Under the pieces are notes generated by a model, which worked only from the letters and a program-made list of their open reading frames with translations, was not told the DNA's origin and did not search any database. A DNA stretch of 64,000 bases. Origin: Blastocatellia bacterium (GTDB lineage: Bacteria; Acidobacteriota; Blastocatellia; RBC074). The position numbers were made by a program, and so were the translations under genes. The stretch covers positions 6,578-70,577 of the forward strand of contig JAYVRW010000170.1 of the NCBI GenBank assembly GCA_043775925.1, given 5' to 3'. Positions 52,779 to 63,377 of this stretch are shown here, one piece after another; position 1 is the stretch's first letter; each line of letters starts with the position of its first letter.

Positions 52779-53231
52779 ATGTCAAAAAAAAATCAGCTCA
52801 CCTTCATCGTAACTATTATTACTTTGCTTAGCTTTTTATTTGCCTGTACGAACTCAAATAGTACTGTAACCACGAATAATACAGCTAATCCCGGTGTTAC
52901 TGTCGAGACCAGCCCTGCGGCGGCTTCAGGTTCGCCTGTTATTAATGATGTCGAGCCGGTGATGCCGGAAAAGGCACAGGCGGTTTATGACCAGAGCTGC
53001 AAATCCTGTCACGGGCCTGATGGACACGGCATTAATGCTGTAGCTCCAGACCTGCGTTCAGCGTCTCGCCGTTCGATGGCAGATTGGGTTAAATATCTGA
53101 AAAATCCAAAAAGCTTACAGCCGGAATCCAAAATGCCCGCCACAGAAAACCTGGAAGACAAAGATTACGAAGCCATTGCTGCTTATCTGGCAGATTTGAC
53201 GCAGAGCAATCCCGCTGCAAGCAAAAAGTAA
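52779..53231 (+). CDS. monoheme c-type cytochrome lipoprotein
   Basis: Lipobox 'LFAC'; 'CKSCHG' heme-binding site; distal 'KMPA' Met ligand. Confidence 0.75.
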   Translation: MSKKNQLTFIVTIITLLSFLFACTNSNSTVTTNNTANPGVTVETSPAAASGSPVINDVEPVMPEKAQAVYDQSCKSCHGPDGHGINAVAPDLRSASRRSMADWVKYLKNPKSLQPESKMPATENLEDKDYEAIAAYLADLTQSNPAASKK

Positions 53232-53462
53232 AATGATCTTTCATTCAGCGCTGGAAAAAAATCAAATTGCCATTTTTCGTGTCAGGAATTAGGTCACATT
53301 GAGCGAAGCAAAGAGTTATCATTAAACCGTCATATTCTATGCCAACTATCAGATTGACAAGGCTCTGTGTGAAGTGCTAATTTAAACACGGTTGGTCCCC
53401 TCCGCCTGTCCCCGCTAAATTTCAACCCACCTCGTATACCTCAATCAGAGTAGGCAGAGCCA

Positions 53463-55934
53463 ATGTCGTTTAATAAAGCCAAAGCATTAAAAGCCGCCTC
53501 TAAGTATGTCCAGCAGGGCAAGTACCAATCTGCGATTGAGGAGTATCGCCAGATTGCTGAAGCCGACCCTTCAGACGTTACAACTTTAAACACTCTGGGT
53601 GATTTGTATGTCAAGGTCGGGCAAACCAGTGAAGCGATTCATAGCTTCATGCACATTGCTGATCATTATCGCAATAGCGGATTTTACTTAAAAGCCATCG
53701 CCATGCTCAAAAAAGTGAGCAAGGTGGCACCAAATAACATAGAAGTTTCTTTGTTACTGGCAGGATTGTATGCGCAACAGAAGTTAATAGTTGATGCGCG
53801 TCACCAGTATTTGAGTGTTGCCGAATATTATGTCCGCGAAGGTAATTCGCAGGAAGCCTTGCACATTTATCAAAAGATTGCTGATCTTGATCCTGAAAAT
53901 ACAGCTATTCATATCAAATTAGCTGAAGCCTATCAACGCGAAAATCAGCTCGACAAATCGTATGATGCCTTCGTTGTGGCGGCAGGTGAATTACGCCGCC
54001 AGAACAAGGAAGGCGAAGCGCTGCAAACTTATTTGCGTGCTATCAAGGTCAATCCAAGAGGTCAGGCTGCTTTATCCTCATCTATCAATATTTATTTGCA
54101 GAGTAATCGTCATGCCGAAGCCGTCCAGATGTTGGAAGAGCTTCTGGCAGAGCGTCCAAACGATGCTGAAACGTTGACCTTGCTGTCGCGTGTGCATCAG
54201 TCTGCGCACAATCTGGAAGCGGCAGAAGAAGCGGTCAATAAAATGTTGGAGTGTGCGCCTTCGCGTTATCAATACGCTGCTGATTTGATTTTAGCATTTG
54301 TCCGACGCGAAGATGTGAATGGTGCGCTCCGCGTGTATGATCGGTCAATTGAGATTTTTTGCGAATATCGTGAAGAAGAGAAAGCCGCGAATTTGTTGCG
54401 CGAAATTTTGGCTTTGGAGCCACAACATCTCAGTACCTTGACACGCTTATCGGTTGTGTATGAGCGTTCGCATGACGATCACTTATTGATTGAGACGTTG
54501 AATTTGCTGGCTGATGCGGCGATTCAAAAAGGTCATAAACCTGAAGCCATCAATGCGCTCAAACAATTATTACAATTGGAACCGGATGAAATTCGGCATC
54601 GTCGTCGTCTGCGTGATCTGGAAGGGAATTCAGATGACAACGATCTGAACGAGCTTAGCTCGAACAAAGCCGTAGCCGAGACCGAGTTCTGGCCTCAAGG
54701 CGAAGATGAGGCGCCACCAACTTCTTTTGACAACGCTGGAACGGAAAGCGATTGGGGAGTCTGGGGAAATAGCGCTACCAATAATGTAGCAAGTAATAGC
54801 CCGCAGGAATTTGTCAGTTTCGATGAATCTCCATCTTCCATTGAAATTCAGCGCCCGCAATCCGGGGTCGCACCATTGGTGTCAGAATTCGATGCAATGC
54901 CCGCTGACACTTCGGCTTTGAAGCTTAAAGATGAGCTTGAGAGCGTCGAGTTTTATCTCAGTCAGGGAATGCTGGATGTCGCACGTTACACGCTTGAATC
55001 TCTGACCAGCCAATTCCCGGATTCAATCGAAGTTCAGGAAAAAACTGCCCAGCTCAATGCCGCAGAATCTGATGCCTCTTCGTTGCTTCTGCAACCGGAA
55101 GTGACTGTGCCTGTTGAGGATTCATTCCAGGCGTGGGAAACTGAGCCGTCTCCCGTTCAGACCTTCCAATCTCCTGCCTTACAAACAACCGAGCTGCTAC
55201 TTCCTGTTAATCCCTCCGAGTGGGGAAAAAATATAGATATACTGGAAGGTAATACCAACCACCGGCAATCTCAAGCAGGGTTCGCTTCGGAGCAGGAAGG
55301 CTCAATCATTGTTTTATCATCGGAGTCTGAGCCGCCAAACCTCAGACCGCAGATGGCACCATTAGTATCAGCGGAGCCAGTTAATAACTGGGTCAGACCC
55401 CAGCCAACAGCACCCCTTCCAGCGTCTCAACAGGTGACGACGCCTCCTTCGGCTCTTGACCTGTTTGCTGGTGAGGAAATGGGGGAAATGCTTGATTTTC
55501 TTGATGAATTCAAGAATGAATCAGAGCAGGAAGAGATCGTTGAGGATTTCGAGACGCATTACAATTTGGGCATGGCATATAAGGAAATGGACATGTTCGA
55601 TGATGCGATTGAAGAATATCAGCAAGCCTTCAAGGCTGTGATGTCGAGTCCGATGAATCCAAGTTATGTGGCGTGTTGCAGCATGTTGGGTTACTGTTTT
55701 TCACAAAAAGGCTTACCGCGCTTAGCTGTTGTCTGGTTGAAAAAAGGATTAGAGTCGCCAGGGCGTGAGGAGCAGGTTTATCAAGCCTTACGCTATGATT
55801 TAGCCAAGGCTTATAAGGCTATGGGTGAACTACAGAACGCTTATGATGCCTTTGCTGAAGTCTATGCGATGGATGTTCAGTATCGGAGTGTCAAAATCAG
55901 AATGCAGGAAGTTGCCCAACAGCTTGGAAAATAA
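53463..55934 (+). CDS. large tetratricopeptide-repeat protein with acidic low-complexity central region
   Basis: Multiple TPR-like helices in the N- and C-terminal thirds; no signal peptide. Confidence 0.65.
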   Translation: MSFNKAKALKAASKYVQQGKYQSAIEEYRQIAEADPSDVTTLNTLGDLYVKVGQTSEAIHSFMHIADHYRNSGFYLKAIAMLKKVSKVAPNNIEVSLLLAGLYAQQKLIVDARHQYLSVAEYYVREGNSQEALHIYQKIADLDPENTAIHIKLAEAYQRENQLDKSYDAFVVAAGELRRQNKEGEALQTYLRAIKVNPRGQAALSSSINIYLQSNRHAEAVQMLEELLAERPNDAETLTLLSRVHQSAHNLEAAEEAVNKMLECAPSRYQYAADLILAFVRREDVNGALRVYDRSIEIFCEYREEEKAANLLREILALEPQHLSTLTRLSVVYERSHDDHLLIETLNLLADAAIQKGHKPEAINALKQLLQLEPDEIRHRRRLRDLEGNSDDNDLNELSSNKAVAETEFWPQGEDEAPPTSFDNAGTESDWGVWGNSATNNVASNSPQEFVSFDESPSSIEIQRPQSGVAPLVSEFDAMPADTSALKLKDELESVEFYLSQGMLDVARYTLESLTSQFPDSIEVQEKTAQLNAAESDASSLLLQPEVTVPVEDSFQAWETEPSPVQTFQSPALQTTELLLPVNPSEWGKNIDILEGNTNHRQSQAGFASEQEGSIIVLSSESEPPNLRPQMAPLVSAEPVNNWVRPQPTAPLPASQQVTTPPSALDLFAGEEMGEMLDFLDEFKNESEQEEIVEDFETHYNLGMAYKEMDMFDDAIEEYQQAFKAVMSSPMNPSYVACCSMLGYCFSQKGLPRLAVVWLKKGLESPGREEQVYQALRYDLAKAYKAMGELQNAYDAFAEVYAMDVQYRSVKIRMQEVAQQLGK

Positions 55935-55966
55935 AAAGGAGCAGAAATTTTCTGCTCCGCAAAAAG
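55933..55966. terminator. bidirectional Rho-independent terminator
   Basis: AAAAAGGAGCAGAAA-tt-TTCTGCTCCGCAAAAA between convergent genes. Confidence 0.6.
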
Positions 55967-55985
55967 TGTTAATTTTTTTCGCGTC

Positions 55986-56693
55986 TTATTTTTTCTTAAC
56001 GCGGATGCTTCCTTCCTGAGTCCATAAAGTTACTTTCGCACCACTTGATCCAACAAATCCATTAACAAATTGTGTAGTTTGCTTCTGCACGGTGAGCTGA
56101 AAATCTGCTGGATTGATTTCAATGCCACCACGGACTGAAGTTGCTTCTAAAATGAATTTCGCTCCAGCAGGTAAGAGTGTGTCAACCCGCCCGGAAAAAG
56201 ATTTTAAGAAATAACTGCCGCTCGGTGAAACATCACCATCATAGCTGACATTACCGCTCATGCTACGCGCCTCGACCTTGGCGCTATGAATTCCCGTGAG
56301 CTGAATACCACCTTCAGTCGTGCTGGCAACGATGGCACCACGCACCCCCTTCACGATGACACTACATTTTAAGCAAACGACATTGATCGAAGTACTGGAA
56401 GGAACTCCAATCGTTAATTCTACAGGAGAATCGTCCGTTACTTCGACTCTAACTTTGCCTTGCTGCTCAGCTTGTGAGGCTTTCACCGTAGCCTGACTTT
56501 TGTGTGCCGTCACCTGAATCAAATTTCCTTCAAATGGTACAACAGTCACAGAGCCTGATTTCGTGACGACATCCAATGATCCCGAATCAGGGATAACCTT
56601 GAAAGATTTATTGAAATCCTGTGCGCGGGTAGTGAAACTCACAGTGGCGACAAGCAAGGCAATAACAAGTTTAGTAGAAAGTGAAAGACGCAT
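55986..56693 (-). CDS. DUF4097-type putative adhesin/beta-helix secreted protein
   Basis: Start set at ATG 56693 giving a signal peptide; repetitive beta-strand 'G.I.V...G' pattern; co-operonic with the anti-sigma factor. Confidence 0.5.
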   Translation of the reverse strand: MRLSLSTKLVIALLVATVSFTTRAQDFNKSFKVIPDSGSLDVVTKSGSVTVVPFEGNLIQVTAHKSQATVKASQAEQQGKVRVEVTDDSPVELTIGVPSSTSINVVCLKCSVIVKGVRGAIVASTTEGGIQLTGIHSAKVEARSMSGNVSYDGDVSPSGSYFLKSFSGRVDTLLPAGAKFILEATSVRGGIEINPADFQLTVQKQTTQFVNGFVGSSGAKVTLWTQEGSIRVKKK

Positions 56694-56700
56694 AATCTCA

Positions 56701-57348
56701 CTATTTAAAATTTTCAAAATCTTCCATCAACTGGATTTTCTCTTTGTAAAGATCAAGCAAAAGTCGTTCCTGATCAGGATCATGTCTAATGGTCAAAACC
56801 TGACGCGCTTGTCCCATGGACTGGTCAATCTTATTGAGGTGATTTTGATAAGTCTCTCTTGTTTGAGGAGACCAGGTGGCAATACGTAGATTCAATTTTT
56901 CAGCTTTTTGTTTGACGATACCATCCCACTCTTGAGCAACATTAGCTTCTGCGCCCTTGACTGGAGAAGTCGAATTAGGCTGAATTGCCTTGTAGCTGAC
57001 AAACGCAAAAAGTGAAAAAGCGAGTGCTCCGGCACCTGCCAGTTGTGGCAAATTAAAAGTAAAAGTTCTCTGGCTCCAACGCTTCAACCAACTGGATTTT
57101 TCAGCTTCAACTTTTCTGGCCGGAGTTGTTTCGATCTCAATTTCGTTTTGTATCCGCGCCCATAAGGCTCTTGAAGGCGTATGCAAAGGCAGCTCTTTAG
57201 CAGCTCCGCTGATGTTTGCCAAATCCAGTTTGAAGGCGTGACAGGGAGGGCATTGATTGAGATGTGACTCAATTGGTTCAGACTGGGTGGCAGCCAATGA
57301 ACCGTCAATGTATTCAGATAGTGAATCAATCACACTGCGACATTCCAT
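56701..57348 (-). CDS. zinc-finger (zf-HC2) membrane anti-sigma factor
   Basis: 'HLNQCPPCHAF' H-x3-C-x2-C; single TM; directly downstream of the ECF sigma gene. Confidence 0.6.
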   Translation of the reverse strand: MECRSVIDSLSEYIDGSLAATQSEPIESHLNQCPPCHAFKLDLANISGAAKELPLHTPSRALWARIQNEIEIETTPARKVEAEKSSWLKRWSQRTFTFNLPQLAGAGALAFSLFAFVSYKAIQPNSTSPVKGAEANVAQEWDGIVKQKAEKLNLRIATWSPQTRETYQNHLNKIDQSMGQARQVLTIRHDPDQERLLLDLYKEKIQLMEDFENFK

Positions 57349-57462
57349 ATAAAATCCTCTCTCAATTACACTTCATTGATGTCGGTGTATAAAAATTTAA
57401 GTTTAACACCAATCTATAAAAATCTGATTGGCGACGGGTTAATTGCGATAGTTAATAAATTA

Positions 57463-58086
57463 TCAATTCTTTTTCGTTAGTAAGCCACGTAGCTTGAGGC
57501 GCGCCTTGTGCAGTTGCGACTTGGACGTTCCCACACTGCAACCGAGTATTTTTCCAACTTCTTCGTGTTCGTATCCCTCAACGTCGTGCAGAATAAAAAC
57601 TGACCGATAGCCGGGCGGTAGTTGCGCGATAGCGTGGTCGAGCGCGATCCGATCTACGACGGGCATCGCGTGTGGACGCTCAGTCCCGGCTTGAACGACA
57701 TCCACCATTTCGCCTTCTTCAGTGGTGTGCTCAACTTTGACGCCCTTTTTGCGGAAGTGCATCAAAACCTGATTGACCGTCAAACGGTGAAGCCAGGTAG
57801 TAAATTGCGATTCACCACGAAAGCTGCTTAGTTTGCGAAAGAGCTGAACGAATACTTCTTGTGATAAATCTTCAGCTTCGGTGGCATTTGCCAACATCCG
57901 CAGACACAAGCTGTAAACGCGGCGATGGTGACGTTCGTAAAGAACCTCGAACGCTTCCATGTCTCCATTAGCGGCTGCCTGGGTCAGTGCAAAATCAGGC
58001 GCGAGAGTGTTTGTTGCTTGAGCCATTCCGTAAAATAGTTGCCCTTGAAAAGTTACGTTATTGGCTTTCATCGCTAAAACTGACAT
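57463..58086 (-). CDS. ECF (sigma-70 group 4) RNA polymerase sigma factor
   Basis: Region 2 '[19 protein letters not shown]', region 4 '[40 protein letters not shown]'; ATG 58086 with AAGGAAAA SD. Confidence 0.8.
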   Translation of the reverse strand: MSVLAMKANNVTFQGQLFYGMAQATNTLAPDFALTQAAANGDMEAFEVLYERHHRRVYSLCLRMLANATEAEDLSQEVFVQLFRKLSSFRGESQFTTWLHRLTVNQVLMHFRKKGVKVEHTTEEGEMVDVVQAGTERPHAMPVVDRIALDHAIAQLPPGYRSVFILHDVEGYEHEEVGKILGCSVGTSKSQLHKARLKLRGLLTKKN

Positions 58087-58383
58087 ATCGAATTTTCCTT
58101 GCAAATTGCTGATACTCCAACTATTTCCAGCAACTAAACAAAACTCTTACGCCATTTGTGATGCAGCCAATCAAGAAGCGGTTGCTTCATTTGTCACAAT
58201 TATTTGTTGCGACATTAATTTTGAAGCATATCATAGCCCACAGAGGCGAAAAGCCGCAATGTACACTATTTGAAAAGTTCACGCGCTATTTTGTAAAAAA
58301 CAGATTGTGCTTGATTCTGCTGTGTATAAACAGGTATTAATATCGGTTACTTCCAAGCAAAAAACAGATAAGGAATCTATTTC

Positions 58384-59283
58384 ATGAAACGCAAGCTATT
58401 ATTGGTGATGGTTGGCGCAGTGTTGGCAGTTAGCTGCGATAACTCGAAACCTGCTACGACAGAAAAAGCGAAACCATCAGTGGTGGCAACGACAGCGGCT
58501 TCAATCGCTGCTAAGACCGCAACGACTTACCGGGCTGAACTCACGACAATTCCAGCAGTGGTGAAGGCGAATGAAAACACGACGCTGACCTTGAACGTGA
58601 AAAATGCACAGGGCGAAGCGATTAAAGATTTACAGATCAACAATGAAAAGCCAATACACTTATTGGCTGTTTCCAAAGACCTGAGCGAGTTCTATCACCT
58701 TCACCCGGAACCGCAGCCCGACGGATCATTAGTGGTGAAGCATAAATTTCCCAATGGCGGAGATTACAAATTATTTGCCGATTTCACTCTAGCTAATGCT
58801 GAGCCAACTGTCACCGTCTTAGATTTAAAAGTCAGCGGGAAAGAACGTAAAGCCGACCGCCTGGTCATTGATACTTTCTTCAGCAAAACAGTCGAAAATT
58901 TAAGCGTGGTAGTAGATGCCGGCAAAGAATTAAAGGCGGGCGAAGAGGCAGTTTTGACGTACAAATTAACTGATGCGAAAAGCAATAAACCTGTCACCAA
59001 CCTGCAAAAATATTTAGGTGAGGGCGCTCATTTTGTGATTGTTAGTGAAGACCTGAAAGAATTTGTTCACGCACATCCAATGAAAGCCGAACCTGTGGCG
59101 TCACCGACTCCCGCCGCGAAGCGATCAAAGGATGACATCCAGATCAAACCGTCAACTGACATCATGGCGCACGTAGTTTTTCCCAAAGCCGGAGCCTATA
59201 AAATCTGGGCACAATTCCAACGTGCCGATAAGATTATCACTGTTCCATTTATCGTGACCGTTAGTGAGACGAAAGATAAATAA
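58384..59283 (+). CDS. lipoprotein with two tandem homologous beta-sandwich-like domains, each carrying an F-x-H-x-H-P motif
   Basis: Lipobox 'LAVSC'; internal duplication ('LSEFYHLHPEP...YKLFADF' / 'LKEFVHAHPMK...YKIWAQF'). Confidence 0.45.
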   Translation: MKRKLLLVMVGAVLAVSCDNSKPATTEKAKPSVVATTAASIAAKTATTYRAELTTIPAVVKANENTTLTLNVKNAQGEAIKDLQINNEKPIHLLAVSKDLSEFYHLHPEPQPDGSLVVKHKFPNGGDYKLFADFTLANAEPTVTVLDLKVSGKERKADRLVIDTFFSKTVENLSVVVDAGKELKAGEEAVLTYKLTDAKSNKPVTNLQKYLGEGAHFVIVSEDLKEFVHAHPMKAEPVASPTPAAKRSKDDIQIKPSTDIMAHVVFPKAGAYKIWAQFQRADKIITVPFIVTVSETKDK

Positions 59284-59416
59284 CCACTAAAAAGTAGCAT
59301 AAACTTTTAGTTTGTGCCGAGTGCAAATGCTTCTAATCTGTCGGGCATCAAGAGCTTTTGCCAGAAGATTGTCTGAAGAAATAAGCCCAAACTGAAAGTT
59401 TATGCCACGTTGGAAA

Positions 59417-60346
59417 TCATTTCCTGCGGGCGTAAATCCTCATCACATCGCCAAGTTTCAAGCGAATTGTAAAATCACTCAAGCCTAGTTTTTCACTAAT
59501 TCCAGCCAGTATTCGTGCGGTTGGTTGGTGATACCGACCCAGCCGACTGATAAATAATCTGATGCTCATCGCTTTGCCAGCGGAATTCCGTCTGATAATT
59601 TCAAAGCCATTGTCATTAAAAATTTTCGTCAATGTTTTGGGCGTGAAAAAATATAAATGATCGGGGATGAATTGCCGCCAGCGTCTTCCAAGGATTTTGT
59701 ACCACACGTTAGCAATATTTGGAGTCTCGACAATTAACCAACCATTCGGTTTTAAAATTCGATGAATTTCGGCGAGCAATTTTGCCGGACTGGGGACGTG
59801 TTCGATGACGTGATACAGCGCAATACAATCAAATTTTTCAGCCGGAAAATTTGCTTCAAAAAGTGATCCATTGAAGCAATCCAATTGGCGAGATTGAGCC
59901 ACGGCGCAACTATTAAAATCGGCTTCAATGCCGTAAGTCTGAAACGCTGATTTAGCAACCATCAGAAATTCGCCCGTTGAGCTGCCGATTTCAAGCAGCG
60001 TTCCGGCTTGCAGGGAAGTGATTTCTTGCAACCCATCAAAGCGTTCATGCGCCGTGAGTTCACGCCATTTTTGTTCTGATTCTTCGACGTGAGGCTCGAC
60101 TAAGTTTAGCTCCAAAGCCCGTGAAGCCAACCGTTCCATTTCAAGGTTAATAGGTTGGTTTTCTGCGATTTTTTCCGGTTGAGGTAGAATGACAAAATAT
60201 AATCCGCAGCCTTCACAGCAAAATAAATCTCCATCCAAACGCGGCGTAGACAATACAAAATTATGCGCACCGGAGCCGCATAAATCACACGAAATTTGAG
60301 AAGTTGAGTTCAATGAAAAAGGTACGTCAGGTGTCTCGCCTGACAA
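59417..60346 (-). CDS. class I SAM-dependent methyltransferase with N-terminal C4 zinc ribbon
   Basis: 'CDLCGSG...CCEGCG' ribbon; 'LLEIGSSTGEF' motif I. Confidence 0.65.
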   Translation of the reverse strand: MSGETPDVPFSLNSTSQISCDLCGSGAHNFVLSTPRLDGDLFCCEGCGLYFVILPQPEKIAENQPINLEMERLASRALELNLVEPHVEESEQKWRELTAHERFDGLQEITSLQAGTLLEIGSSTGEFLMVAKSAFQTYGIEADFNSCAVAQSRQLDCFNGSLFEANFPAEKFDCIALYHVIEHVPSPAKLLAEIHRILKPNGWLIVETPNIANVWYKILGRRWRQFIPDHLYFFTPKTLTKIFNDNGFEIIRRNSAGKAMSIRLFISRLGRYHQPTARILAGISEKLGLSDFTIRLKLGDVMRIYARRK

Positions 60347-60377
60347 ATTCTGTACGAAGACAGGCGGGACGCCTGGC

Positions 60378-61490
60378 TTACTTGTTTTGATAAACTGCTA
60401 AAGTTTTGTGCGCCGCTTCACGCCAGCTAAAAATTTGCGCACGTTCAAGACCTGCTTCGCTTAATCTTTTTTGCAAAGCCTCATCCGAACAAACCTGCAA
60501 AATCGCGTGTCCGATACTGTTTTCATCCAGCGCGTCTACCAGGATTCCCGCCTCGCCAACGACTTCGGGGAGGCTGGAATTATTGCTGGTAATCACCGGA
60601 GTTCCACACGCCATTGCCTCCAGCGGAGGTAGTCCGAAACCTTCAAAAAGTGAAGGATAAACCAACGCCGTAGCTGAGCGATAGAGCGCAGGTAAATCCT
60701 TGTCTTTGGCATAGCCCGTGACGATTATATCTGCGGCAAATTCGTGATGTTGCACTTGCCGCATGATTTCATTCGTCAGCCATAACTGACGCCCCACAAT
60801 CACCAGTTGATGCTGAAAATCAGGATGATTTTTTCTGAGCGTTGTGTATGCACGCAGCAGGCGAATTAAATTTTTTCGGGGTTGCAAACTTCCCAACGCT
60901 AATAAATATTCACGTGAAATTCCAAACTTTTTTTTGAGGGAAAGTGCTTCATCTGGTGAAGCGGGATTTGGGCCAAAACTTTCATCACAGCCGTTGTGCG
61001 TCACAGTGACTTTTTCGGGAGCTACACGATACGTCTTGATAATGTCCTGCCGCGAAAATTCTGAGACAGTCAGGATGTGTGCGGCGCGGCGCGTTGTGTT
61101 GCGAACCGTCAACTTTAATTGCATCCGTCCGCGTCGCGTGAAGGTTTCGGGATGATGTTCAAAAGCCAAATCATGAATCGTTGTCACGATGGGGGTCGGG
61201 CAAAATAATGGCGCGGTGAATTGCACGTGTAGCACGTCTACGGGGCGTCTGCGCAATTCAAAATCCAACGCGACAGGCACGCGAATCAATGGAGTCGGGG
61301 CTGGTAACAGCCGTACCGCAAAATTTGCAAAGCGATTTCGCCACTGCTCAGCAGCGTGGGCTTCACAAAAATAAAGCGTGTATTGATTGGATTGATCTAT
61401 TTCGGCGAGGGCTGAAATGAGGTTACGAATGTAGGTTTCGTTGCCACCCTGCTGAGCACCGATGGCATGTGCGTCAATTCCAATGTGCAT
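60378..61490 (-). CDS. glycosyltransferase family 4
   Basis: '[18 protein letters not shown]' GT4 C-domain motif. Confidence 0.8.
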   Translation of the reverse strand: MHIGIDAHAIGAQQGGNETYIRNLISALAEIDQSNQYTLYFCEAHAAEQWRNRFANFAVRLLPAPTPLIRVPVALDFELRRRPVDVLHVQFTAPLFCPTPIVTTIHDLAFEHHPETFTRRGRMQLKLTVRNTTRRAAHILTVSEFSRQDIIKTYRVAPEKVTVTHNGCDESFGPNPASPDEALSLKKKFGISREYLLALGSLQPRKNLIRLLRAYTTLRKNHPDFQHQLVIVGRQLWLTNEIMRQVQHHEFAADIIVTGYAKDKDLPALYRSATALVYPSLFEGFGLPPLEAMACGTPVITSNNSSLPEVVGEAGILVDALDENSIGHAILQVCSDEALQKRLSEAGLERAQIFSWREAAHKTLAVYQNK

Positions 61491-61547
61491 GATAAAAAAA
61501 TGGCGGAGAAACGTTGCCGCTCTCCGCCATTCAGAAGTAGGTTTTTC

Positions 61548-63377
61548 TTATTCTTGTTCCTGTTGTTTGAGCATTTCGAGCAGAACGTCACGGCTCACAG
61601 CTTTGCGAAGCATCGCACCACGCGAAACATTTGCTCGTCGTCCGCCAACATCTTCTGTATTGCGTCCGGGGATTAAAAGCTCCGGCGCAAATTCAGGTTG
61701 TGCGGCTGCAAATCCAGCTACTTTATTCAACGAAAGTGTATAGTTTCCGATGAAATTATTTGCCAGCGGAGTAGCCAGAATAATAAATGTTCTGGCTACT
61801 GGCATTGAGGCATTCACTGGTAGTAGTTGCTTTTTAGCCGAGGTCCCGATTTGTGCATCCCGATTTCCGCCAGAATTATCATCGTTAGCCAGTTCATCAC
61901 CATTACGATCTTTTAAAAGAAGGAAGGGATCAAAATTCGCCGTGCCTGAAGTCATGCGAATCTGGACACTGTCGCCCTCATTTCCAGTAAATGAATATGC
62001 GTCAACATAGACCCCAGCAGATGTTTGAATCTTGGTCGCACTGGAAATGCTGCCATTGCTAATAGTCTGACCGTAAACTAATGGAGTGACAACATTGGTT
62101 TGGAGCTTCAAAGTATATTTACCTCGATCCTGTCCATTGACGCCGCCAATCGGTCGAACATCAGCGCTCGTGACATAAATCCAGTACTCACCAATTTCTG
62201 GTAACACGGTCACTAATAGCGAGTTGTTATTTCCTTCTAGTGGAGTAGCTGAGCTACCATCCAATCCTCCACCTTGATCGTCGGAGGCAAAATATGATTG
62301 CGTGCCCGCCGTAACTTTACGGAGAATTATTTGCGTGTCGAGTGGTTTTGCGACCGTTAGATCACCACGCAAATCAATTGCTACACTGGTATTCGCTTGG
62401 ACGGTTGTGAAGCTGTAAACGTCAATAAAGTATAAATTTTTAGTGACCGAATCTTGTTCTACACTATCGTCAACTGTCAGCTCAGCAGCGACCGTCTCAC
62501 CTGCCAGATTCAAGGCTTTGATGATATTGAGAGGAGGCAGACTACCACCCAATTTGACCGTGACGACGTTTGATGCGCGAGTGTTAGTATTTTCAGTAAT
62601 ATCAAGCCGCACATTGACAGTTCCTAAGCCGGCGAGTTCGGGTGGAATGACGACGTTGATTTGATCTAAGCCGGCGAAGAAATTCTGCGATCCAGCGTAA
62701 TCAACCTGACAAGGAACACCTTGAATAGTGACAGCAACATTTCCCAGCGCCGCTCTTTTACGAACTCCAGTCGCATAAAGGATCAGGAATGAAGGACTAG
62801 CCTTGGTTCCTGCGCTCAAATCCCTTGCAACCCACGCACCACCCGTGAAATCAGCAACAGGCGGATAGGGCTGAACTCCATTTGGCGTCCAGTTGGCGGC
62901 GGCGATGCCTTTGCCATCAGATGTAACAGAGAAAAGACCTGGCGCAAAGGTTTGAATATTTACGGTTCCCGTCGAGGTCGTCGCATTAGCGTTAGTGACA
63001 GTAATGGTCTGATTCCCTCCAGTGGTGGCAGTACTCGGAACCACGAAATTGATTTGACCTGTTCCCACAAATAATAAATCCGCGTCAGCGCCATTAATGG
63101 TGACTTTCACTCCACCTAATAATTTCGGTAGAGCCGCTCCCGGCGTTGCCGCATAAAAAGGTTGTCCAGCCGTAATAGTAAAAGCGCCAAAAGCTGAGGC
63201 CAGTCCGTCAGGAGTAACAATTCCGCTACCTGTCGTTGTGCCTGTGCCTCCGTTTGCAGCATAGCTGGCAGCATTCACGACAGCTACGTTTTGCGCCATT
63301 GCCGAAAGTGCCAGCGTGAAAAGCAGTACTATTGTGATGAGTATTGGTTGAGTCTTCATAAAGGTTCTATTCGCCAT
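61548..63377 (-). CDS. large secreted protein: tandem Acidobacteria-type repeat domains followed by two pre-peptidase C-terminal (PPC)-like domains
   Basis: Signal peptide; N-terminal paired repeats ('...VTINGADADLLFVGTGQINFVVPS' / '...VTIQGVPCQVDYAGSQNFFAGLDQINVVIPP'); PPC-like 'DAYSFTGNEGDSVQIRMTSG...DPFLLLKDRNGDELANDD'; ATG 63377 with AGGAA SD (63359 also possible). Confidence 0.5.
   Translation of the reverse strand: MANRTFMKTQPILITIVLLFTLALSAMAQNVAVVNAASYAANGGTGTTTGSGIVTPDGLASAFGAFTITAGQPFYAATPGAALPKLLGGVKVTINGADADLLFVGTGQINFVVPSTATTGGNQTITVTNANATTSTGTVNIQTFAPGLFSVTSDGKGIAAANWTPNGVQPYPPVADFTGGAWVARDLSAGTKASPSFLILYATGVRKRAALGNVAVTIQGVPCQVDYAGSQNFFAGLDQINVVIPPELAGLGTVNVRLDITENTNTRASNVVTVKLGGSLPPLNIIKALNLAGETVAAELTVDDSVEQDSVTKNLYFIDVYSFTTVQANTSVAIDLRGDLTVAKPLDTQIILRKVTAGTQSYFASDDQGGGLDGSSATPLEGNNNSLLVTVLPEIGEYWIYVTSADVRPIGGVNGQDRGKYTLKLQTNVVTPLVYGQTISNGSISSATKIQTSAGVYVDAYSFTGNEGDSVQIRMTSGTANFDPFLLLKDRNGDELANDDNSGGNRDAQIGTSAKKQLLPVNASMPVARTFIILATPLANNFIGNYTLSLNKVAGFAAAQPEFAPELLIPGRNTEDVGGRRANVSRGAMLRKAVSRDVLLEMLKQQEQE

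Noticed and set aside
53463-55934. TPR protein as a PEP-CTERM-system PrsT lipoprotein
   Set aside because: No signal peptide or lipobox; the acidic low-complexity centre is unlike PrsT
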